Origin: Pseudomonadota bacterium
GTDB taxonomy: Bacteria > Pseudomonadota > Alphaproteobacteria > HIMB59
Assembly: GCA_027623775.1 (NCBI GenBank)
Contig: JAQBUY010000001.1
Coordinates: 4,781-68,780, forward strand
DNA: 64,000 nucleotides
Reading direction: 5' to 3'
How positions within the stretch are numbered: the first letter of the stretch is position 1; each line of letters opens with the position of its first letter. A program made the position numbers and the translations under genes. The notes beneath the pieces were generated by a model. That model did no database searches, had not been told where the DNA came from, and saw only the letters and a list, made by a program, of their open reading frames with translations. Positions 56,677 to 64,000 of the stretch are shown in pieces.

Positions 56677-58320
56677 TTGTCTGAAAATCAAAAAATTCAA
56701 AGAGAAGAAATGCAATACGATGTTGTTATTGTTGGCGCGGGTCCAGCTGGTCTATCAACAGCCATTAAATTAAAACAGCTTAATTATGAAACTTCAGTGT
56801 GTGTAATTGAAAAGGCAGCAGAAGTAGGGGGACATATATTAAGTGGTAATGTTTTTGAAACAAAAGCACTGGATGAGCTAATTCCTTTATGGAAAGAAAA
56901 AGGAGCTCCACTAAAAACTAAAGTCAATTCCGAAGAGTTTTTATTTTTAAAAAAAAAAAACAGTTGGAATATTCCAACTTGGTTACTTCCAAAATCACTT
57001 AAAAATCATGGTAATTATATAATAAGTCTTGCAAATTTATGTCGATGGTTAGGAGGACAGGCAGAAACTTTAGGGGTAGAAATTTTTCCAGGATTTGCAG
57101 CTAGTAAAGTAGTTTACAATGAGGATCACACAGTTGCAGGAATCCAAACAGGAGATATGGGTGTTAATAAAGAAGGAAACCCAAAAGATACATTTGAACC
57201 AGGAATAATTTTAAAAGGTAAGGTAACGGTATTTGCGGAAGGGTGCAGAGGTCACCTAGGAAAAGAGTTAATAGAAAAATTTCATTTAGATAAAAATACT
57301 TCACCTCAACAATATGGGATTGGCTTTAAGGAAATCTGGGAAATTGATCCTTCATTTCATCAAGAAGGAAAAGTTATACATAGTGTGGGTTGGCCGCTCG
57401 ACCCAAAAACATATGGAGGTAGCTTTTGCTATCATGCTGAAAATAATCAAATATTTATTGGTTATGTCATAGGCTTAGACTATCAAAACCCTTATTTATC
57501 CCCTTATGATGAATTTCAAAAATTTAAAACTCACCCAAAAATGAGCTCATTATTAAAGGGTGGAAAAAGAATTTCTTATGGAGCGAGAGCTTTAATTGAA
57601 GGAGGGCTACAAAGTTTACCGCAAATGTATATGCCAGGTGCCTTACTTGTTGGCTGTGATGCAGGTACTTTAAATATGCCAAAGATTAAAGGTTCTCATA
57701 CTGCTATGAAGAGCGGCATGATTGCAGCAGAAACCATTCAACAACATCTCTATGAAAAAAAAGATTTATCAAACTACGAAAAACTTTTTAAAGATTCATG
57801 GATTTATAAGGAGTTGTATGAAGCAAGAAATGTAAAGCCAAGTTTTAGATGGGGTTTAATCCCAGCATTAATTTTTACTGGTATAGATCAGTTAATTTTT
57901 CAAGGAAAGCTTCCCTTTACCTTAAAGCACAAGTATGCAGATCATGAAACTTTACATTTAGCTAAAGATTCAAAAAAAATTGATTATCCAAAGTATGATG
58001 GAGTGATAACTTTTGATAAACCATCCTCAGTTTATTTAACCGGGACTAGTCATGCTGAAAACCAAGTTGTTCATCTACAACTCCAAGATCCTGATTTACC
58101 TATAAATTATACATTAGAAAAATATGATGAGCCCGCTTTAAGATATTGTCCAGCTGGTGTTTATGATATTCAATATAATAAAGAAACTAAAAAATCAGAA
58201 TTTATAATCAACTCTCAAAATTGTATTCACTGTAAAACTTGCGATATCAAAGAGCCTTCCCAAAATATTAATTGGATTACGCCAGAAGGCGGTGGCGGTC
58301 CAAATTACGCAAACACATAA
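56677..58320 (+). CDS. ETF-ubiquinone oxidoreductase
   Basis: GAGPAGL, PKIKGSHTAMKSG, YCPAGVY, NCIHCKTCDIK. Confidence 0.95.
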   Translation: MSENQKIQREEMQYDVVIVGAGPAGLSTAIKLKQLNYETSVCVIEKAAEVGGHILSGNVFETKALDELIPLWKEKGAPLKTKVNSEEFLFLKKKNSWNIPTWLLPKSLKNHGNYIISLANLCRWLGGQAETLGVEIFPGFAASKVVYNEDHTVAGIQTGDMGVNKEGNPKDTFEPGIILKGKVTVFAEGCRGHLGKELIEKFHLDKNTSPQQYGIGFKEIWEIDPSFHQEGKVIHSVGWPLDPKTYGGSFCYHAENNQIFIGYVIGLDYQNPYLSPYDEFQKFKTHPKMSSLLKGGKRISYGARALIEGGLQSLPQMYMPGALLVGCDAGTLNMPKIKGSHTAMKSGMIAAETIQQHLYEKKDLSNYEKLFKDSWIYKELYEARNVKPSFRWGLIPALIFTGIDQLIFQGKLPFTLKHKYADHETLHLAKDSKKIDYPKYDGVITFDKPSSVYLTGTSHAENQVVHLQLQDPDLPINYTLEKYDEPALRYCPAGVYDIQYNKETKKSEFIINSQNCIHCKTCDIKEPSQNINWITPEGGGGPNYANT

Positions 58321-58787
58321 TAAGAATAAAAAAAATTCTAATTTATTTATTTTGTATAATAGTAATTATTATCGGGATTATTCAATTTATTAATTTTAAC
58401 AATGAAAAAACCAATCTCGAGGAAACAATTTCCCTAGAACAGCCTAATATCATGATTTCTAAGGGCGAGACTTTGTATATGTCAAACTGCGCAAGTTGCC
58501 ATGGTTCTCAATTAGAAGGAAAAAAAAACTGGACATCGGGTAAGGATGAAGATGGTCAAAGTCTACCACCTCCTTTAAATGGAGAGGGTCATAGTTGGCA
58601 TCACTCCCCTGATCAGTTATTTCAAATAATTAGGTATGGCTTTAAAATCTATAATCCTAATTATCAGGGTAAAATGCAAGGTAACGAGACATTAAGCGAT
58701 GAAGATATTTGGTCAATTCTTGAATATATGAAATCTGTTTGGCCTAAAAAAATAAGAGATCAATATAAATCTTTAGTGAAACATTAA
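58272..58787 (+). CDS. Membrane-anchored monoheme cytochrome c
   Basis: TM helix, CASCH, GHSWHH, distal Met; start uncertain. Confidence 0.85.
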   Translation: MDYARRRWRSKLRKHIIRIKKILIYLFCIIVIIIGIIQFINFNNEKTNLEETISLEQPNIMISKGETLYMSNCASCHGSQLEGKKNWTSGKDEDGQSLPPPLNGEGHSWHHSPDQLFQIIRYGFKIYNPNYQGKMQGNETLSDEDIWSILEYMKSVWPKKIRDQYKSLVKH

Positions 58788-59962
58788 TTGCTCAGCCACT
58801 CAGGCTTCATTGCTAAAACAGACTCGTCTCCTTGAATAATTGTTTCTGCCAAAGAATTAATTTTTGGTAATAAGTGAGTGATATAAATATCAGCACTTAC
58901 GAGTTTGGCTTTCATAAAATTACTAGGATTTTTTGAATTACTTATTTCTTCTGAAGCTTTACTTCCTGATATCACCATCATCCATCCACCACATACATAA
59001 CCGAGCATCATTAAGTAGTTAACACCTGAAACGGCAGAACGTTTCTGATCATTAGAGGTTGATAAGAAATGATTAATAACATTTTCAGTGGTTGATAGTG
59101 CGTTGATCATAGTTTTGGCAGATTTACTAACTATAGAATTTTCCTCAGTAGACAATGTATCCATTTCGACTTGAATTTCATTTAATAAAAGTCTGACTGA
59201 CTTCCCTTGATCACGAATTGTTTTCCTAAAAACCAAATCATTGGCCTGAATAGCAGTTGTTCCTTCATAAATCGGAAGAATTCTAGCATCACGGAAATGC
59301 TGAGCAATACCCGTTTCTTCAATAAAGCCCATCCCTCCATGAATCTGAATAGCTTGAGAAGTAATTTCTAGAGAGCGCTCTGTTAACCACCCTTTAATAA
59401 TAGGAACTAATAAAGATGATCTTTCTTGCCAATAAATATCTGAATTATCTAAATGATTAGCCATGTCCATTGTAAATCCGCCGTATATTGAAAATGCTCG
59501 CATAGCTTCAATTTCAGATTTCATGACAGACAGCATTCTTAAAACATCCGGATGATGAATAATAGGATCCCCCTTTTGACTGTCAATAGGTATGCCTTGA
59601 ACACGGTCATTGGCATAATGAACAGCTTGCTGAAAAGCTCTCTCAGAAATGGATAGACCTTGAATACCCACAGCAAATCTTGCATGGTTCATCATTTCAA
59701 ACATAATTTGTAAGCCATTATTTTCTTCGCCTACAAGATAACCGATTGCTCCATCTTTTTCACCAAATTGTAAAACAGCTGTCGGAGAACCTTTGACTCC
59801 TAATTTTTTTTCTATAGATAGACAGGTCACATCATTGCGATCACTTAAATTACCATCGGGCTTTACATTAAATTTAGGTACTAAAAAAACAGAGATACCT
59901 TTTACTCCCTCCGGTGCGTCAGAAGTCCTAGCTAAAACAAGATGAATAATATTTTCAGCCAT
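58784..59962 (-). pseudogene. 5'-truncated acyl-CoA dehydrogenase (DmdC-like family)
   Basis: Begins at the normally internal MAENIIHLVLART..GVKGIS; QIHGGMG, IYEGTTAIQA; in-frame TAA directly before the ATG. Confidence 0.75.
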
Positions 59963-60025
59963 TTACAAACAATCTCTAAATTTTTAGAATATTTTTAATA
60001 AATTTTTATTTAGGAGAAAAAAAAT

Positions 60026-60322
60026 ATGGAAAAAAAAATGTTAGCAATTGGAAAATTTAAAGAAGGAGACGGTAATCTTGAAAAATTTATGAAATTTTTT
60101 CAATCTGATGAGGGTATGGAGATGAGAAAATCTGTCGCTTATGTAGAAAAAACTATTGCTGGAATACTTCCCGATAAAAGTGGCATAATGTTTAAAGTTC
60201 ATGTTTATAATGAACAAGGAATGAAAGATTTGGTTTCTGGAAGAAATCCGGTTATGAAGCCAGTTTATGATGAAGTTATAGATCATATTAAACTTTATGA
60301 GCTCACTGAAGTAGATATATAA
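60026..60322 (+). CDS. Hypothetical small protein
   Basis: 98-aa ORF with AGGAG SD; no recognised motif. Confidence 0.7.
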   Translation: MEKKMLAIGKFKEGDGNLEKFMKFFQSDEGMEMRKSVAYVEKTIAGILPDKSGIMFKVHVYNEQGMKDLVSGRNPVMKPVYDEVIDHIKLYELTEVDI

Positions 60323-60343
60323 GTAATAAATAAGGAGTAAAAA

Positions 60344-60664
60344 ATGTCAATATTAGCAAAATACAATAAGGCGATGGAAGATAAAGATGAAGTGGCAATG
60401 AATGAAATACTTCATGATGATTATAAGTTCACAATGCATTCATCTGGAAAGATTTTAACAAAATCTGATGTGATTGCATGGGCGATGAGTGACGATATTA
60501 ATAGAGAAAAAGTAAGAGTTATTTATGAAAATGACGATATTGGTATCGAGCATTCATTTGTAACATTTAATGATGGTAACAAACAGGCTGTTATGGCTGT
60601 CATTAAGTATAAAGATGGACAAGTTATTGAGTTTGAAACAGGCGCTACAGTTATTCCCGCTTAG
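60344..60664 (+). CDS. NTF2/SnoaL-like protein
   Basis: AAGGAG SD; ILHDDY.F, terminal beta strands with YKDGQVI. Confidence 0.7.
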   Translation: MSILAKYNKAMEDKDEVAMNEILHDDYKFTMHSSGKILTKSDVIAWAMSDDINREKVRVIYENDDIGIEHSFVTFNDGNKQAVMAVIKYKDGQVIEFETGATVIPA

Positions 60665-60676
60665 TAAAAAATTTTG

Positions 60677-60703
60677 AAGCCCGGTAACAATATTGCCGGG
60701 TTT
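60677..60703. terminator. Probable bidirectional terminator
   Basis: AAGCCCGGTAA-caata-TTGCCGGGTTT between convergent ORFs. Confidence 0.75.
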
Positions 60704-60731
60704 ATTAGAAGTTTATTAAATTAAGAGCTGA

Positions 60732-60911
60732 TTAAGCTGTAATTTTTTCAGATTTATTGTAATAAACTTCTAAACAAATTGAACAAATGAGACTTTGTTC
60801 TTTTTTAAATACTTCTTTCTTTTGAGAATTAAGTATGTTTATTTTCCACAAAACTTCAGTAGTATCACTTTTAGTGATGTGAATTTTACAGTAATTACAA
60901 TATTCGCTCAT
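60732..60911 (-). CDS. 59-aa CxxC...CxxC microprotein (not in ORF track)
   Basis: MSEYCNYCKIH...LICSICLEVYYNKSEKITA*, translated by hand. Confidence 0.6.
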   Translation of the reverse strand: MSEYCNYCKIHITKSDTTEVLWKINILNSQKKEVFKKEQSLICSICLEVYYNKSEKITA

Positions 60912-60992
60912 TATTAATTTATTTCTAGAAAGTTATTATCAGAAATAAAATGAAAAGATTAATTACAATTTTGCATATATAGTAATCACTCT

Positions 60993-62141
60993 ATGAAATT
61001 TTTATTAAACACTTTAACAAAAATAATTTTTTTAATTTTTATTTATCATTCACTCTATTCTGCTGATGTAAATTTTCATGCTTGGGGAGGCTCTGTGATT
61101 ATTAATGATTTTATTAAACAGGTCTCTAAAGACCTAAAGAAGAAAAATATTAATCTTAATCACACAAAAATTACCGATATTGCTGAAAGTATTAAGATTT
61201 TAGAAACTGATAAAAAAATAAATAAGTTACAAAAAGGCAGTATTGATTTGATGTGGGTTAATGGAGAGAATTTCCATCGCTTAAAAAAAAATCAATTGCT
61301 TTTTGGTCCTATTGATACAATAGATAATTATAAATTCATCAATACAGAAGATCAGTCATTGCACAATGATTTCGGTGAACCTGTGGAAGGACTTGAAGTT
61401 CCTTGGGGAAGAGCGCAATTTGTCTTGATTTATGATAGTAAAATGATTCAAAAACCACCTCAAACAATCGAACAATTAAGAGAATTTATTAAAAATAATC
61501 CTGGAAGATTTACTTATCCTCAGATTCCCGATTTTCACGGCACTACTTTTTTAAAACAGCTATTATATGAAATCGTAGATGATCAATCGATATTACAGAA
61601 ACCCTTCTCAAACTGTTTAAATCCTTGCGAGCCACTAAAAAATCTTATGATTTATTTAAAAGACATTCATCCATTTCTTTGGAATCAAGGAAAAAGATTT
61701 CCTAAATCAGCAGCTGAAACTGTACCTTTACTGTCTAATAGAGAATTATGGCTTACTATTTCTTTTAATCCTAATATGGCTGCAGTCAATGTAAGTAGTG
61801 GAAACTTAAGAGATGTGACTCGCACTACTTCTTTTATAGGGGGTGCCATTGGTAATACTCATTATCTGGCCATACCTTTTAATTCACCAAATAAAAATGC
61901 ATCATTAGAAGTTATTAATTATTTGATTAGCCCTCAATCGCAAGCAGACAAATCAAATATTGATATATGGGGTGATCCTACAGTTTTAGATTTTACCAAA
62001 ATAGATGAAAAACAAAAAAAAATGTTTTTAGATAAACAAAGTATTCATATTTTGCAAAATTATCAGATACCTTATTTAGTAGAACCTCATTATAGTTGGA
62101 CAGAGGCTATCGAAAATGAATGGTTTAAAACTTTTAATTAA
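60993..62141 (+). CDS. ynjB: YnjB-like ABC substrate-binding protein
   Basis: AWGG, IDLMWVNGENF, PWGRAQF, DFHGTTFLKQ, IGNTHYLAIPFN. Confidence 0.85.
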   Translation: MKFLLNTLTKIIFLIFIYHSLYSADVNFHAWGGSVIINDFIKQVSKDLKKKNINLNHTKITDIAESIKILETDKKINKLQKGSIDLMWVNGENFHRLKKNQLLFGPIDTIDNYKFINTEDQSLHNDFGEPVEGLEVPWGRAQFVLIYDSKMIQKPPQTIEQLREFIKNNPGRFTYPQIPDFHGTTFLKQLLYEIVDDQSILQKPFSNCLNPCEPLKNLMIYLKDIHPFLWNQGKRFPKSAAETVPLLSNRELWLTISFNPNMAAVNVSSGNLRDVTRTTSFIGGAIGNTHYLAIPFNSPNKNASLEVINYLISPQSQADKSNIDIWGDPTVLDFTKIDEKQKKMFLDKQSIHILQNYQIPYLVEPHYSWTEAIENEWFKTFN

Positions 62142-63741
62142 TCAAAATATTTCTTTTTTAATTATTTTTTTATTATTTGGAATAGTTTTTTTAGTTATCG
62201 GTAACATTCTTTATGAAACAATAAGTCAATTAACGATTAAATCATTCTCGAATGATTTAATGAATTTCTTACCTTCAATTAGTGTCACTTTTTTTAATAA
62301 CATATTATCTACTATATGCGCAATATTTATTGCTTTTTTTATAACGGAATATTTATATAAAAAATCGTATTTCAGTTCTTCTTTTTTAATTGTTTTGATT
62401 AGTTTTCCTCATATTTCATACTGTATAGGCATAACTTATCTATTTGCTACAAGTGGCTTATTTGCTCGTTTATTTTCTATTTTTTATGGAAATGAAGTTC
62501 CTTTTATTAGTTATAGAGGGGATGGTCTCGCTAACTTAATTTATATTTTCAGTTTAGCATTAAGGGAAGTTCCTTTTTTAGTACTTATTGGATTAAGCAC
62601 ATGGAAAAAAATTAATCCTAATCAAATTCAACAACAAGTTTCAGTACTAGGTCATTCCGATTTATCGACTTTAATGAATTGCATTTTTCCACTATGGATA
62701 AAGTCCATGGGATTGCCCGTACTTATTATTATTGCTTTTAGTTTTAGTAATTTTGAATTTAGCTCAATTTTAGGACCTCAGTTTCCAAATATGATTAATG
62801 TGAAAATCATTGAATCGTGGTATTCGACAAATACAGAATTAATGCAGCATCTAAATTCTTTAATTATAATTACAATTTTAGGGGCAGGGGTTGCAATATT
62901 ATTATTATTTTTCTTACGAAATGCAATAGTTTCTTATTTTACAAACACAAGATTATTCATCCCTATTAATTACAATACATTATTAATAGGAAAATTTTTC
63001 TTTTTAATAGTAGTTCTATTATTTACAGCAATCATTTCTATTACATTTTTTCTCTCTATAAGCAAAAGCTGGTTTTTTCCCTCTATTTTACCAACTACGT
63101 TCACATTAAAAGGTTGGTCTTATATGATTGAGAATTACTATGTACTATTTTTTCACAGCATTTTCATAAGCTCTACAATTTCAATATTTAGTTTAATAAT
63201 AATGACTTATATGATCGAAATATCTCAAAATATTAAAAATATATTTAAAATGCTTTTTTTATTAAGTTTAATGATTTTAGTTATACCTCAAAATATTATG
63301 CTGATGGGAATTAATAACTTAATGAGTTCATCACCATTCTTTTCCATTAAAGCCTGGTTTTATTTCTCATTGTTTATTTATATTCTTCCCTATACCTATT
63401 TTATGACGAAACAATCCTATGATGATTTTAACCCTCAATACATTGAAAATGCTGATGTTTTAGGTATTAAAAGACTTAAAAGTTTTTTTTCTATCAAGCT
63501 GCCTATAATGACAAATGATTTTTTAATTATCTTTGGTGTGAGTTTTTCGGTTTGTTTTTATCAATTTCTTCAAGGTATTATTGTAACAAAAGGAGAAGAA
63601 TTATTATTTAACAATGAAGTGCTTATTCTTTTTTCTGGAGAAAGCATCAGTACTGCAAGTAGCGGATCCTTACTTAATTTTTTTCCGGCAGGATTACTAT
63701 TAACAATTATTTATATAAGGTATCGCTATGCTAGAATGTAA
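62116..63741 (+). CDS. ynjC: YnjC-like ABC permease
   Basis: Multi-TM protein with FPH, REVPF, ILGP and LPY motifs; follows ynjB. Confidence 0.75.
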   Translation: MNGLKLLINQNISFLIIFLLFGIVFLVIGNILYETISQLTIKSFSNDLMNFLPSISVTFFNNILSTICAIFIAFFITEYLYKKSYFSSSFLIVLISFPHISYCIGITYLFATSGLFARLFSIFYGNEVPFISYRGDGLANLIYIFSLALREVPFLVLIGLSTWKKINPNQIQQQVSVLGHSDLSTLMNCIFPLWIKSMGLPVLIIIAFSFSNFEFSSILGPQFPNMINVKIIESWYSTNTELMQHLNSLIIITILGAGVAILLLFFLRNAIVSYFTNTRLFIPINYNTLLIGKFFFLIVVLLFTAIISITFFLSISKSWFFPSILPTTFTLKGWSYMIENYYVLFFHSIFISSTISIFSLIIMTYMIEISQNIKNIFKMLFLLSLMILVIPQNIMLMGINNLMSSSPFFSIKAWFYFSLFIYILPYTYFMTKQSYDDFNPQYIENADVLGIKRLKSFFSIKLPIMTNDFLIIFGVSFSVCFYQFLQGIIVTKGEELLFNNEVLILFSGESISTASSGSLLNFFPAGLLLTIIYIRYRYARM

Positions 63742-64000
63742 GAATATTAATATACAAAATGAAAAAAAAATATTTTTAGTTAAAAATTTCAATTTTATAA
63801 TTGAACAATCTCAAATCTTCACGTTAACAGGACCAAGCGGAGTAGGTAAATCAACATTACTTAAATATATATGTGGTATTAAACAAAATTCTTTTACTTA
63901 TTCAGGAGATATTCTTGTTAATAAAAGTCTAGTAAATCATCTACCCACAAATCAAAGAGAAGTAAGAATGATATTTCAAAATGATTTATTATTTCCTCAT
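63728..64000 (+). CDS. ynjD: YnjD-like ABC ATPase (runs off window)
   Basis: ATG at 63728; GPSGVGKSTLL, FQNDLLFPH. Confidence 0.8.
   Translation, partial: MLECKNINIQNEKKIFLVKNFNFIIEQSQIFTLTGPSGVGKSTLLKYICGIKQNSFTYSGDILVNKSLVNHLPTNQREVRMIFQNDLLFPH

Overview
A very AT-rich, extremely gene-dense chromosomal segment of a streamlined, probably marine, alphaproteobacterium (SAR11/HIMB59-like; inferred from gene order, RegBA and composition). It is mostly core genome: pstAB-phoUB, rimI-miaB-phoH-ybeY-corC-lnt-trmB, nusA-infB-rbfA-truB-rpsO-pnp, a ubiE-coaC-coaB-dut-moeB-fabABI run, mutM-rpsT-dnaA-dnaN-recF-gyrB-regBA-polA, and adenosine kinase-ahcY-metK-tsaE-amgK-murU-trxA. An accessory tract follows at about 45.5-61 kb. 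I saw no rRNA, tRNA, CRISPR or mobile element. Best candidates for new biology: (1) an NrdR-controlled ribonucleotide reductase operon with a eukaryote-like core, a double ATP cone that looks chimeric, a beta subunit with Glu at the first metal ligand but the radical Tyr retained, and an in-frame glutaredoxin ending in a beta-tail-like peptide; (2) a betaine-type transporter + choline-kinase-like + GcvT/DMGDH-like + SDR + ETF catabolic cluster of unknown substrate. Other points of note are ubiE and mutM start codons sharing one CATG, a zinc-less Fpg finger, a repeated leaderless-promoter signature, a split coaBC, two deletion scars and an unannotated 59-aa CxxC/CxxC microprotein. All calls come from motif recognition by eye; no searches were run.
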